A stretch of DNA of 55,873 nucleotides from positions 1-55,873 of IMG/VR virus record IMGVR_UViG_3300025128_000048; one strand, written 5' to 3'. This DNA comes from a virus (taxonomy: Duplodnaviria; Caudoviricetes). Shown one piece after another: positions 33,130 to 43,854 of this stretch (within the stretch, counting starts at the first letter, position 1; each line of letters opens with the position of its first letter). Under the pieces are notes generated by a model, which was not told where the DNA came from, searched no databases, and saw only the letters and a list, made by a program, of their open reading frames with translations. Position numbers and translations under genes: made by a program.

Positions 33130-36100
33130 CTATCGTGCGTTCGCAAATTTAAATGGGGCTTCGGCAAATGCCAAATAGATGTATGTGTTACCTGACGCAT
33201 TCATATTGTCAAAATCCGTTCTTAGTTTAAATCCATTACTAACAAAATCTATATGAGGTGGACCGCTAGTGTTTTCTGCCCCAGTGTCTTGTGCCTCAAT
33301 CCTTACATCTATTTCATTCCCAGCATTAAAGTAGTCGCCATCAAATGATCTCTTATTATCAAACATGTGCCAGCCCCCACTGCCACTACGCTTTATCATA
33401 ACCCACGCTGGTCTAAATCCCAAGTAGACAAACGTGCCATTTGCATCATTGTTGCCTATATAGCTGCCGAACTTGCTGTAGCCCTCAATCGGAGCAAATA
33501 CATACGCTATAAAATCATCACTGCTGTTATTAGTAGAGCCAGCACTGCCGACACTAAAAACATTTGCCGTAGGAGCAGTATTGTTGAAATATGTACTACC
33601 TGAAAATGTTGAACCTGTACCGTTTAATTCAAGATAATTATTACCTAATACAGTCGGATAAAGATTCCAATTTTTTGTGTCGTCATCTAAATTTTTAACA
33701 TATATAAATTCAGGAGTTGCCCCTAAACCATGAGGAATTGTTCCTGCTGATCCCGTCCCTGTCCAACGCACAATGGAAAATCCCGATGTAGTGTTTGCTG
33801 AAAGTTTTTTAATTGCTATAGAAGGAGAGCCAGAAAATGCACCGCTTTGATTAGAACCATCTATTTTAGCGGAACCTGCTGTGGGTTCTGCATCATTCGC
33901 AGCAGAATTATCCGCAGTGGGTGTGCCACCTGCTCCCCACACCCAACCTACATAGCTGTATGTGCTTTGATTAACATTGCTACTGTCGCCTACTGTAAAA
34001 CCTTGACTATCAAAACTTAACAAATAATTAGCATTGTCTTGCTGTCCATCAGGAGCGTTTGATTGTAATAGCTGTGTCCCTCTCAACGTATCGTGCAAAC
34101 TGTGTACTGTAGTATTGTTTCGTCCTTTTATCCAAACCCAATCAGGACCAATTACATCACTTTTTCTAGGTAGGTTGTCATCCATCAATGCTAAAAACCC
34201 AGTTGGCGGTGTATCATAAAACCTGCCTACGCCGTTACCATCTGCCGCCACTGCACTGCCGCTAGTTTTTAAACCGTTAAAACTATCATCTTGTCCAAAG
34301 TTAGCGATATGAAAACAGTTACCAGACCCGATACCACCCTCAGATGCTATTGCAAATCTGAAAGGGCCAGTAACACCACTAAAAGCAGGAACCCCAGAAT
34401 TTTGCACTGTGCCATTTTTAGTAAAAGAAATTTCCCCGTCATCAGCATTAATCATAACACCGACAATATCACTTGAACCATCTGCGGCAACTGTATAACT
34501 ATCTCCATATGATGTGTACGAGTTATTGTTTACTTTACGTCCATCAAAGTAATATGCGTAAGTGTAAGCATCTTGTCCTAAATATTTGTTTGCGGCAGGA
34601 AGTGTATTTCCAGCAATCACGCCTACACCACTGTTTCCTACATCTAAATAAAACTCAGCATAAAACTTACCTTCTGTTATAACCACATTTGAATAGGCTT
34701 GTGCAAAATGAGTGCTTGTCCTTTCTGCTTTTAAGTTACCTTCAGAGTATGTTAGCGTTGTGCCTGAAGAACGAGTGGGATCAAAAGTGGCAAAGTTTTG
34801 TGTGGGGCTATCAAAAACTTTATCTGTCGCAGCCAAACCGGATACCGCAAAGTCGTTAGTATTTCCGCTAGTATCATCTCCCAATGCACTGCCGTCTGCA
34901 AAAGTTAATCTAAACCCATTATTACCATAAGAGCCGGAATAAGCTATTGGTATCCAGTCATCATTTGCTCCTACTTGACCAAAAGCCGTTGGGTCAACTA
35001 TGCTACCATCAATTACATTCATTTCAGCAAGGTAGCCATCAAAGTGATAGGAACCATCAGTGTCATCACCGATATAAGTTGTAACACCATTACGCAATAA
35101 CATAGTGGCTGTATCATCTGCAACAAAAGAGCCACTGGTAGTTCCTGATATCAAATTACCATTAATATAAACTTTGTGGATATTTGCACCTGTTTGTCCA
35201 TCGCTGTCTGCTTGAGCCAGAATATGATACCACGTTCGCACATCTTTAAACTCTCTATCACTTGTAAAGCTGGTATATCCTGTATTGTATGCGTTCCATA
35301 CTATTTTGTCATTTGCATCAAAATGTAAAAAAGCACTACTACCACTTTTTGCAAATATAATGGTGTCTCTTCTGCCTAGAGTAGCACGTTTGACCCATAC
35401 AGATATTGTCATTTTCTTAGTATTAGTCTGTGTGCCGAAATCGTTTTTTGATAATGCTGGCTCATCACCCTTCTCAAATCGTAAACTCTGTGCAATAGAA
35501 ATTGTGTCAAGTGGCCTTCGCATACCACCCGTGCCGACTGCTAATTCATTGCCATTGCCTGTGTAAAGTATGGTGTCAAAAAAGTCATTTGCTTGATTAT
35601 CTTGCCCGGGGCCGATGGTTACGTCTGGTAGGTTGGATGTACACCATGCTTTACCATTAGAAGCTTGAGAATATTTAAACAGACCAATACCGCCGTCACC
35701 GGATGTAGCTGTATGGGTTGTTTCTGTTCCGGCAAAACTGTCATCTTGTCCGGGGTTTACAGTGCAAGACTTATCACTGTGGCCTGAACAGAAAAATCCT
35801 ACAGGATCAGTTTGATTTGGTAAATTTTCAGCACTTCCTGCGGCAGACCCATTAACATAAAACTGAACAGTGTGTGCATCCATATCTAGCAACATACCAG
35901 TTATGTCACCCAAAGAATTTGTTGTAGACAAACTGGACTGCGCTGAACTGCTAGCATTATTTCTTATGGTTCCATTGGATAAATAGGTGACGCACTCATG
36001 GTCAACAAGAACTCCAAAATTAGCGTCATCGTGATATCCTTCAGCTACTGCATGATTTAATCCTGTCGGAGTCCAACAACCGACATAATGTCCATTTGAA

Positions 36101-37041
36101 CTTGCAGTGCTTGTTCTAAACTCAACATACCATTTTCCTGAATCGGGAGGCACTAACATGGTTGATCTATTCGCACCAGATTCCCATTTAAGACTACCCT
36201 CTGTTAATGTAGTTGTAATGTCTAATGGATTAAAAGTAGCAAAATTATTAGTCGGGCTGTCTGGCACGACATCGCTTGCGACTAGATTAGAAACTGCAAA
36301 ATTGTGTCCTTCGCCAGATTGGTCATCGCCAATATTTGTTTGCGCTGTAGTGCCTTGACTTGTGGTGCCTGTGCCTGTGCCTTCAAAGGTTAAATGAAAA
36401 CCATTATTGCCATAGCTACCATCATAGGCTTTTGGCACCCAGACCCCATCTTTTGTTTCTGCAAAGCTAGTGGGGTCTAAAGCAGTACCGTCAATAAAAT
36501 TGATATCTGCCATATAGCCATCAAAAAACTGTCCACCATTTACCCAACGGCTAATGTAATGAACATTACTATTTGCATTTAGTCCTGTGTCGTAATCTTG
36601 TGAAAAACTAGACCTATTATCTGTTGAAAATGAAGTTATTTGAGTACCGTTGACATATAGTTTTGTTCTAGCATTTACATCTGCTTGGGTAGTGTCGTTT
36701 TCAACAACGATATGATACCACGCACCTACATCACGGAAGAGAGCAGTCGTGAGAAAAAGATATGTGCCGTTTGTGTCAAGCAATCTAATGGCATCAGTTG
36801 TTTCAAAAGAAAGCTCTACGCTTTCTGATCCACCAGTGCCGCCAGAAAAAATAGTTTGGACAGACCCTAAATTTCCACGCTTTATCCACGAACTCCAAGT
36901 CCAAGTTTTTTGATTGCCAGCAACTTGAGTTCTACTTAAAACTGGACTATCACCATCCTCAAAACGCAGAGACTGATTTACATTAAAATCAAAAAATCCG
37001 GTGCTTACTTCACCTGCACCTGCTGCCTTAATAACACTCAT
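33130..37041 (-). CDS. Tail fibre/receptor-binding protein with duplicated LamG (ConA-like) plus SPRY units
   Basis: Two QSLRF...W.KR..LG...WYHI...DGY.A units and two GKWY/GKFY SPRY-like units. Confidence 0.75.
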   Translation of the reverse strand: MSVIKAAGAGEVSTGFFDFNVNQSLRFEDGDSPVLSRTQVAGNQKTWTWSSWIKRGNLGSVQTIFSGGTGGSESVELSFETTDAIRLLDTNGTYLFLTTALFRDVGAWYHIVVENDTTQADVNARTKLYVNGTQITSFSTDNRSSFSQDYDTGLNANSNVHYISRWVNGGQFFDGYMADINFIDGTALDPTSFAETKDGVWVPKAYDGSYGNNGFHLTFEGTGTGTTSQGTTAQTNIGDDQSGEGHNFAVSNLVASDVVPDSPTNNFATFNPLDITTTLTEGSLKWESGANRSTMLVPPDSGKWYVEFRTSTASSNGHYVGCWTPTGLNHAVAEGYHDDANFGVLVDHECVTYLSNGTIRNNASSSAQSSLSTTNSLGDITGMLLDMDAHTVQFYVNGSAAGSAENLPNQTDPVGFFCSGHSDKSCTVNPGQDDSFAGTETTHTATSGDGGIGLFKYSQASNGKAWCTSNLPDVTIGPGQDNQANDFFDTILYTGNGNELAVGTGGMRRPLDTISIAQSLRFEKGDEPALSKNDFGTQTNTKKMTISVWVKRATLGRRDTIIFAKSGSSAFLHFDANDKIVWNAYNTGYTSFTSDREFKDVRTWYHILAQADSDGQTGANIHKVYINGNLISGTTSGSFVADDTATMLLRNGVTTYIGDDTDGSYHFDGYLAEMNVIDGSIVDPTAFGQVGANDDWIPIAYSGSYGNNGFRLTFADGSALGDDTSGNTNDFAVSGLAATDKVFDSPTQNFATFDPTRSSGTTLTYSEGNLKAERTSTHFAQAYSNVVITEGKFYAEFYLDVGNSGVGVIAGNTLPAANKYLGQDAYTYAYYFDGRKVNNNSYTSYGDSYTVAADGSSDIVGVMINADDGEISFTKNGTVQNSGVPAFSGVTGPFRFAIASEGGIGSGNCFHIANFGQDDSFNGLKTSGSAVAADGNGVGRFYDTPPTGFLALMDDNLPRKSDVIGPDWVWIKGRNNTTVHSLHDTLRGTQLLQSNAPDGQQDNANYLLSFDSQGFTVGDSSNVNQSTYSYVGWVWGAGGTPTADNSAANDAEPTAGSAKIDGSNQSGAFSGSPSIAIKKLSANTTSGFSIVRWTGTGSAGTIPHGLGATPEFIYVKNLDDDTKNWNLYPTVLGNNYLELNGTGSTFSGSTYFNNTAPTANVFSVGSAGSTNNSSDDFIAYVFAPIEGYSKFGSYIGNNDANGTFVYLGFRPAWVMIKRSGSGGWHMFDNKRSFDGDYFNAGNEIDVRIEAQDTGAENTSGPPHIDFVSNGFKLRTDFDNMNASGNTYIYLAFAEAPFKFANAR

Positions 37042-39347
37042 TAAGTCAAAGCCCCCGATGCAGATACGGCTATTGTATTAGCAGTACCACTGTCGGCACT
37101 GCAGAAGTAAGCAAGGTGATAAGTCCCAGCCGTAGACAAAGAAGTTAGCGCTGTAGCGTTGATTGCTATATCAGCATGAGCAGAAACCGTGTGACCGCCC
37201 GTGTTAATTAAGAGTATATTTCCTGACTGTCCTTGATCACCATTTGTAAATGTTAATGTAAAGTCACCACTAGGAGTACATTTAAAATCATTACTTACAG
37301 ATAAATCAAAACTACCATCGTTGTCTGTGGTCATGGTTCCGACTGCTCTACCTGCCACTGTGATGTCATCACCTACAGCCACATCACCTGTAACTGTTGC
37401 GCTGTCAATATAAGCATCCTTAAATCTGGCACCTGTTGTGCCTAAGTCTACATCGCTATCTGTCTGTGGTCCAAACACACCGTCTGATACAAATACCTGT
37501 TCAGCATTTGCAGCATAAAAATGTATTTCATCAGCAGTCTCAAAGTCAATCTTAGTCTGATCGTCTTCACCTATTTTTAAATCTGTTGCTAGTACAGATG
37601 TTATAGCTGTTTGTGCAGCAGCCATTCTAGCAGCGGCTAATGTTCCAGAACCAATGTTACTCGCGTCAGTTGTATCTGTGGTTGCTGAAGCAGCTAATCC
37701 AAGATCGGATCTAACTTCTGAAGCAGATCGTCCTTCTACAGAGGTGCCATCAATACGTAAAAAGTCATCGTCTGCAACACCACTTGTAAATACAGCTACG
37801 TTGCCGTTGCTAATGCCTGTGTCTGCCGTTGATGATGAACCAAGTCCCATAGAGGTACGTGCAGTGGCACCTGTCTCAAGCACAAAATTTGAACCATCCC
37901 CAACAATAAAGCCACCATCTGTAACGGCAAGACCTGCTACATCTTGGAGTTGCGCATCAAGACGTGCGTTAGCAACTGTACCAGAAAGCTGACTAGCATC
38001 AATTGTTTTGTTTGTAAGTGTGGCGGTTGAGGATGTTGATACTAATCTAGCATCACCACCAGTGCTAGGAAGGGTTAAAACATTACTAGCACTCTCTGAA
38101 TGTGGTGCTGCTTTAATTTGCTGCCCGTGAGAATTATTTTCGCAGTTAAGTTGAAGCGTACCTTGATTAGTGTTACCCTTAATAGTAACATGACCTGTGC
38201 CATTTGGTGCAAGTTCAATATCAGCATTTGATGTAGTCACGATATCTTGACCATTCATGTCCAAATCGCCACCAAGTTGCGGTGTACTATCATCTGCTAC
38301 ATTTGATATCGCTCCTGAAGCAGCTAATCCAGACACTATAGCACTACGTGTTATTTTCTTTAAACCACCACCAGAAGTATCTACGGCTATAAATACATCA
38401 TCGTTTGCTACAGTTGATATTTCTGATAAACTTCCTACTGCTACAGAATTAAAGTTAGTACCATCTGCAATAAGCAAATTGCCAGCAGTGTTAGTACCCA
38501 TAGTTATATCATCACCAGAGACAGTCAAATCCCCTGTAATAACTACGTCCTGAGAAAATGTAACATCTCCGTCAGAGGCAATGGCTATGGCATCTGTATC
38601 TGATGTGTGACCTATATTAGTTCCGTTGATAACAATATTGTCAACAGTTAGCGTAGTTAGAGTGCCTACAGATGTTAGGTTAGGCATCGCTGTAATTTCA
38701 TCATCTAAATAAGCAGCAAGAGTTTGCACTGTGGTTTGTGCCATAGTGCCACCATGATTCATTACAATACCGTGTCCGTCAGATACAGCAGTTGTTCCTA
38801 TGCTAGTATTACCATCTAAAATATTTAATTCTGTAGTGGTAACAGTTGCGCCATCTAATATCTCTAACTCAGCTTCAGATATACCCGCACTACCAATTGT
38901 CAAAGTTCCAGATATGTCTACGTTACCATTTATGTCAATTGTTGTAGCTGCTATCTGTACTTCTGTATCTGCTACAATATCTAGTTGTCCGTCTGTGCTA
39001 GAGTTAATATATAATGCTGTGTCTCTAAATTGTAACTTTTCTGTAGTGGACATTAGTATGTCATCAGAAAACTCAAAGTAGTCTTCATCTTCCTTCCACG
39101 TCAACACACCATCACTAGTATTTGCATCAAATGTTATAGCAATGTCTGTGTCTGCACCTGTACCAAACGTAATTGAGTTTGTCGCAAGCGCAGTGATAGG
39201 TCCACCCTCACCAGTAGTTCCATCGTGAGTATGTCCTGTGCTGGCTGCGAAAGCAGCAACTAGCTGGTCAAATTCATCATTGGTGTGTGCGGCGGTAATA
39301 GTATCGCCATCTGAATACGTGGATTGTCTTGTATAAGTTGCACCCAT
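37041..39347 (-). CDS. Tail fibre protein
   Basis: Thr/Asp/Gly-rich; GHTHDG; DSTPQLGGDLDMNG. Confidence 0.75.
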   Translation of the reverse strand: MGATYTRQSTYSDGDTITAAHTNDEFDQLVAAFAASTGHTHDGTTGEGGPITALATNSITFGTGADTDIAITFDANTSDGVLTWKEDEDYFEFSDDILMSTTEKLQFRDTALYINSSTDGQLDIVADTEVQIAATTIDINGNVDISGTLTIGSAGISEAELEILDGATVTTTELNILDGNTSIGTTAVSDGHGIVMNHGGTMAQTTVQTLAAYLDDEITAMPNLTSVGTLTTLTVDNIVINGTNIGHTSDTDAIAIASDGDVTFSQDVVITGDLTVSGDDITMGTNTAGNLLIADGTNFNSVAVGSLSEISTVANDDVFIAVDTSGGGLKKITRSAIVSGLAASGAISNVADDSTPQLGGDLDMNGQDIVTTSNADIELAPNGTGHVTIKGNTNQGTLQLNCENNSHGQQIKAAPHSESASNVLTLPSTGGDARLVSTSSTATLTNKTIDASQLSGTVANARLDAQLQDVAGLAVTDGGFIVGDGSNFVLETGATARTSMGLGSSSTADTGISNGNVAVFTSGVADDDFLRIDGTSVEGRSASEVRSDLGLAASATTDTTDASNIGSGTLAAARMAAAQTAITSVLATDLKIGEDDQTKIDFETADEIHFYAANAEQVFVSDGVFGPQTDSDVDLGTTGARFKDAYIDSATVTGDVAVGDDITVAGRAVGTMTTDNDGSFDLSVSNDFKCTPSGDFTLTFTNGDQGQSGNILLINTGGHTVSAHADIAINATALTSLSTAGTYHLAYFCSADSGTANTIAVSASGALT

Positions 39348-41059
39348 TATCTTCTAGCCCCTAATTGATATTCCATTTGAAATCCTTTTAATGAATATGG
39401 TGCTGTGCTTGTAGCCCCATCTTCTACTCGTAAAGCTACAGCAAAACCAGAACCTTCTACTGCTTTACGCACAATTGGTTGTGAAGGTCCACCGTATGAT
39501 GTAGTTCCATACGTTGATGATCCGTATATACCACCAACATTTAAACTGTCTAATGGATACGCTGCTGGTCTAGATGATTGAGCAGATTCATAATCGTAAC
39601 GAACAAACATGTCTGCATCTATCGTGGACTCAGGAGCGTAGTTAATATTAACTCGTTGCATATATTTTCTGACACCCGGATCTCCAAAAGTTATGTCAGG
39701 ACTTCTATACTTAGCTAATATTAAAGCACCATCAAATGTGTTACCTTTGTCTTGCCTATAAACAAATCCGTCAAATCCACCATGCACAGGTATTACTTCT
39801 CCATTTTCAACAACGCTATCTGTAGCTGAAGGTTTAATACCTTTTAACTCAGCAAACTCAAAGCCTGTACTTTTCATAACACATATTACACCTTTAGTCG
39901 CTGCTTCCGTGCTATCCTTGCTAAAGAATATTCTATATTGTGTTTTGTCAGGTATAACTAATGAGTCAAAATTATCTGCATCTTCTAAGTTTTCTCTGAA
40001 GATAGACTGCACGGCACCACTAATAGTGCCAAGTTCAACGTCACCAATTCTTGCAGTACCAGCAATTGTTCTCAAACCATCTGGCCCTAAGAATATTAAG
40101 TCACCCGCAAATTCTTGTATAGTAAATCCGTTGATGCAGCCAATGTCACGAGTAACCGCTGTAACCGCAAAGTCTGAACTAGAAGTTCCAGACAATTTAA
40201 ATATTCTATTTTCACAAAATACAAACAAGTCATCGCGAAAAACTTTAAGACCAGTAATAGTGTCGTCAACTTTTAGACTACCTGCACCGCTACCAGAATT
40301 AAAACCGTCTTCATTAAACGGCTCACTAAAAACTATTTCTTGTGGGGTGCTTGATTTACCAGCATAGAACATGTGGTTTTTAAAAGAAGCCACAAATTTA
40401 GAACCAGCCACACTGCTATCACTTACATCTGTTGCAGATAAAGAAGCGTTAAATACTGTAGGTGCATTAACCTGATCAACAACTACAATTTTATCAGTTC
40501 CGTCAAAGTTAAATCTTTCAAACTGATATTTTAAAGCTCCTGTTCTACCATTGTCCCTAGTAGTCCAAGACTCCGATACCACATCTGTAGTGGCATGATT
40601 TGCTGCTGTGGTGCTACTTGCTGCTCTAGTCACGCCCGTGAAAGATGTAGCAGACTTACCAGTGTAAGTAAAGATTTCAGAATTAATTTGTAGTGTACCG
40701 CTTGAACTAAAAGAAGTAGTATCTCCTACACTAATTGTGCCTGAACCAGTCATACCCGTACCTGATTCTATTTTTAAAGATAGAGTAGTAGATGCAGAGC
40801 TATATATCAATCTACCTCTAGCTGCTAGTACAAAGTTATTAAATAGTGCAACCATAGTGACGCTTTCAGTTGGATCTGCATCCTCTGGTACTTGTTGGTT
40901 TATGTGTTTTGTAAAACCATTTATTCTTCTGTAACCACCTTCAACGTCAGGCTCAAAGTTTGTAAGCTCTAGTGCTTGACCGGGTTCCATAATAAATGTA
41001 GAACGGTTTAATACTAGACCACCTTCACAGTTGAAAGCGAAAGGTACTATGTCTGCCAT
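39347..41059 (-). CDS. Tail nozzle / tubular protein B-like beta-propeller
   Basis: Position; GGL near N-terminus; ITGLKVFRDDLFVF; IGC. Confidence 0.7.
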   Translation of the reverse strand: MADIVPFAFNCEGGLVLNRSTFIMEPGQALELTNFEPDVEGGYRRINGFTKHINQQVPEDADPTESVTMVALFNNFVLAARGRLIYSSASTTLSLKIESGTGMTGSGTISVGDTTSFSSSGTLQINSEIFTYTGKSATSFTGVTRAASSTTAANHATTDVVSESWTTRDNGRTGALKYQFERFNFDGTDKIVVVDQVNAPTVFNASLSATDVSDSSVAGSKFVASFKNHMFYAGKSSTPQEIVFSEPFNEDGFNSGSGAGSLKVDDTITGLKVFRDDLFVFCENRIFKLSGTSSSDFAVTAVTRDIGCINGFTIQEFAGDLIFLGPDGLRTIAGTARIGDVELGTISGAVQSIFRENLEDADNFDSLVIPDKTQYRIFFSKDSTEAATKGVICVMKSTGFEFAELKGIKPSATDSVVENGEVIPVHGGFDGFVYRQDKGNTFDGALILAKYRSPDITFGDPGVRKYMQRVNINYAPESTIDADMFVRYDYESAQSSRPAAYPLDSLNVGGIYGSSTYGTTSYGGPSQPIVRKAVEGSGFAVALRVEDGATSTAPYSLKGFQMEYQLGARR

Positions 41060-41994
41060 TATTCAGCCCTTACGTTTGTGGCACCTCGTGTATTACCAGT
41101 GTGTGGTATATAAGTTGAGCGTACATATTCAAATTTATTTACTAAGAGGGTTTGCATATTTTTGATGCCCTGTTCAAATCTAGCAAAGTTTATTCCGTAC
41201 TGTTGTGCTTCTCCTCTGTACTGGTATACAAAAGCACAAGCACCGTCTACGATTACAGGTGCAAATCTATCAGGTATAGTTGTAGTGTCTCCGTGTGCTG
41301 ACATATCACTGGGAAAGGTAAAAAAGTCATACTTTAATGTGTACGCTTTGTCGGGATATGGGTGCAGTAAATAATTATTGTCTAGCGTCCTAACAATAAA
41401 ATCTGGTCTACTGCCTTCTTCAAATTGAGTTACGGTAGTTCCATCAGCATGTGCTGCAGCAGTGGTACTTTCAGCACCTCTGGTGCAACCAGTTATGTCA
41501 TTGCCTAATATTCCTGTGTATGTTATTATTTCACTTCCTATGTGAACTTTACCTGTAGCATCTAATCCCGTTGTAGATGTGAGAGTTAAAGTTGTCACAC
41601 CTGCAGAGTGTGAGCCATTTAATGTTGTAGAGACAATATCATCTTCTTGCTCACTATATAAATTAAGATATTCATTGTAGTCTAGTTTGCGTAAGCGACC
41701 GCCAACGATACCATTAGCTTGATCTTTTACAATTCTAAAAGTATTATAGTCTACTGTTTTTGCTGTAGTAGGTATGCTGTAACGAACTACCCCAGCAGTC
41801 AGCGTATCAGATTGACTAGAGTGATTAAATGGATAGTTAAATTCTCTTTGATTAATATATCTTATGGCTTCGTTAACTGCGTTTTTTGCTTGCGTCTGTA
41901 TGCCGCGAGATGTAGCAAACGTAGAAGACGTTAACTCTACTTCATTTAAACGTGCCAGAACTTTATTTGTTATTGTTAAAAATGATTCAGCCAT
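41059..41994 (-). CDS. Tail adaptor / tubular protein A-like
   Basis: Position; N-terminal FL.ITNKVLARLNE; C-terminal IPDRF. Confidence 0.7.
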   Translation of the reverse strand: MAESFLTITNKVLARLNEVELTSSTFATSRGIQTQAKNAVNEAIRYINQREFNYPFNHSSQSDTLTAGVVRYSIPTTAKTVDYNTFRIVKDQANGIVGGRLRKLDYNEYLNLYSEQEDDIVSTTLNGSHSAGVTTLTLTSTTGLDATGKVHIGSEIITYTGILGNDITGCTRGAESTTAAAHADGTTVTQFEEGSRPDFIVRTLDNNYLLHPYPDKAYTLKYDFFTFPSDMSAHGDTTTIPDRFAPVIVDGACAFVYQYRGEAQQYGINFARFEQGIKNMQTLLVNKFEYVRSTYIPHTGNTRGATNVRAE

Positions 41995-42021
41995 GTGTTT
42001 GTTTCTCTTTAATCAGATGTA

Positions 42022-42051
42022 GTGAGGGGGCAAGTTGCCCTGCCCCTTCAC
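42022..42051 (-). terminator. Stem-loop after the capsid operon
   Basis: GTGAGGGGGCA/TGCCCCTTCAC; U-tract weak. Confidence 0.5.
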
Positions 42052-42057
42052 ATAAGA

Positions 42058-42552
42058 TTACGCGAGTTGATCGCGGTCTACCTCTTGAGCAGTCATGTCG
42101 CCCGGATCGTCCACGTCCAAGCAGACAGCAAACATGCGGATCTTACCGCCTGTTGTTGTACCTGTCATTGCTTGAATTTCAACGTCAATGGTATCAGAAG
42201 TGCCACCGATAAGAACAGGAGTTTGACCTGCCTTAAAAGCGTAATCACCTACTGATGCACCATCAAAATCAAAACCGTCAACGAAGTTATCCAAGTCACC
42301 ACCTGTGATACCGAAGTCAAAATCTGTATCGGTTGAAGTGCCTGTATGAGCAGACGTTACTTCAAAACCAGCACACATGATGAGGGTATTCGCAGGAATA
42401 GTCAAACCCGGAATAACATCGTTAGCAGCGAGGGCTGTACCCTTATCGCTTGCAGCAGTTGCAAAGTTTAACTCTGCTGAAAGCAAGTAAGGCTTACGAC
42501 CACGTGCGTCATTGCCACGTGCTACGGAAGTAGTATTATCACCTAGAGCCAT
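42058..42552 (-). CDS. Capsid decoration/minor capsid protein
   Basis: Follows the major capsid gene; beta-rich, IPANTL. Confidence 0.6.
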   Translation of the reverse strand: MALGDNTTSVARGNDARGRKPYLLSAELNFATAASDKGTALAANDVIPGLTIPANTLIMCAGFEVTSAHTGTSTDTDFDFGITGGDLDNFVDGFDFDGASVGDYAFKAGQTPVLIGGTSDTIDVEIQAMTGTTTGGKIRMFAVCLDVDDPGDMTAQEVDRDQLA

Positions 42553-42566
42553 AACTCAATCCTCCC

Positions 42567-43625
42567 TTACACTAAGCAGAACCGGGCATTAACAAGAGCC
42601 TCTGGTCGGAGAATCTTGCGCCCATACAAATGCATACCACGAACAATATCAGCGAAGCTGTCAGGGTCACGATATGTCTCAGTCTTGTTGATTTGCTCTG
42701 CGGTAGCAACAGCAGATGAATGTCCACCAACAATCACACCGAAGTTAGAAGAGTTCGTGCCACCTGTGGTAGCAGAGCCTGTTCCAATTTCTGGCAGGTT
42801 GTTTGAAACATACACTTGGAAGCCGTGCAGATTATTAACAACAAGTCCGTTACGAAGTCCACCAGACTCACCGTAGTCTTGGTTCAGAAGTTTTGAATCT
42901 TCGTCCTTCAAGATCTCCAAGAAGACTGGGTTAACAACGAGCCAGCGGCCTTGCGTATCAACATTTTGCTGGTCTAGCTTACGAGCCATACGAGCAATAA
43001 TCATGGTTGGGTTAGCGTTACCTGAACCCGGTACTGCAGAAGCACCCGGTAGGCGTGGCTGAATACCAATACCATTATCTGCTGATCCACCAAAGTCATT
43101 GGCGTCAACTTGCATTTCAGCCAGCAGTTCGTTAGTCCCTGCTGTAGAAATTGCCTTTGATCCATTCACAGTAGTATTTGCTGTGTCAGCAACACTGTGA
43201 AGAGATGATTGCTTAAAGCCGCACATATAGCCAAGAACATCTTGGTCAAACTGGTCGGCTAGGCGATACGCAGCACGGTCACTTGCCAGAGCTTGGAAGT
43301 TCACGTGTGAGTGCGCCTCTTCAATGTCATCAACCTTAAATGCAAAGTAGTTAGCTTTGTCAATTGTTAGGTTGAAATCTTCATCGTCAAGATCTTGCGG
43401 GGTAATAGTTGTACCACGCGCATACGCCTTAACGGTGATTTCGGGTTCCTTGATAATCTTAACGGAATCTCCCATCTGTGCAATCTCACCAAAGTAGTCG
43501 TTATTGGTGATCGCTTCAGCAACAGCACTCTTGCGGAAAGCAAGTTGCACCTGTTTGCTGTAGATAATAGGGGAGAAATTACCGTTGGGAAGATTACCAT
43601 ATCCCGACGCGGTAGTAAATGCCAT
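42567..43625 (-). CDS. Major capsid protein
   Basis: FSPIIYSKQVQ; GEI..GDSVKI; FADIVRGMHLYGRKILRPE. Confidence 0.9.
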   Translation of the reverse strand: MAFTTASGYGNLPNGNFSPIIYSKQVQLAFRKSAVAEAITNNDYFGEIAQMGDSVKIIKEPEITVKAYARGTTITPQDLDDEDFNLTIDKANYFAFKVDDIEEAHSHVNFQALASDRAAYRLADQFDQDVLGYMCGFKQSSLHSVADTANTTVNGSKAISTAGTNELLAEMQVDANDFGGSADNGIGIQPRLPGASAVPGSGNANPTMIIARMARKLDQQNVDTQGRWLVVNPVFLEILKDEDSKLLNQDYGESGGLRNGLVVNNLHGFQVYVSNNLPEIGTGSATTGGTNSSNFGVIVGGHSSAVATAEQINKTETYRDPDSFADIVRGMHLYGRKILRPEALVNARFCLV

Positions 43626-43820
43626 TTCAAATTCTCCTAATTAGCATTTTGACAGATGCAAACTCACGAGACTTTTAGAGGCTGATTTACTTGGGTGCGT
43701 TCTATAATAAGGTGGCCGCCCTACTATACAACGGGCCTTGTCAATCAGGTAATCCGTAAGACTTTGCGGTTTGCTAATAAAGTGTAACTAGGTGCGCAAT
43801 AAAGTTACACTATCTTTGTG
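43626..43820 (-). ncRNA. Candidate structured 5' leader of the capsid mRNA
   Basis: About 195-nt non-coding leader with nested complementary segments (see findings). Confidence 0.5.
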
Positions 43821-43826
43821 ACTATA

Positions 43827-43854
43827 GTTATACTGATAAATAACTATTTGTCAA
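43827..43854 (-). promoter_or_regulatory. Sigma70-type promoter for the capsid gene
   Basis: TTGACA-16-TATAAC. Confidence 0.6.
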
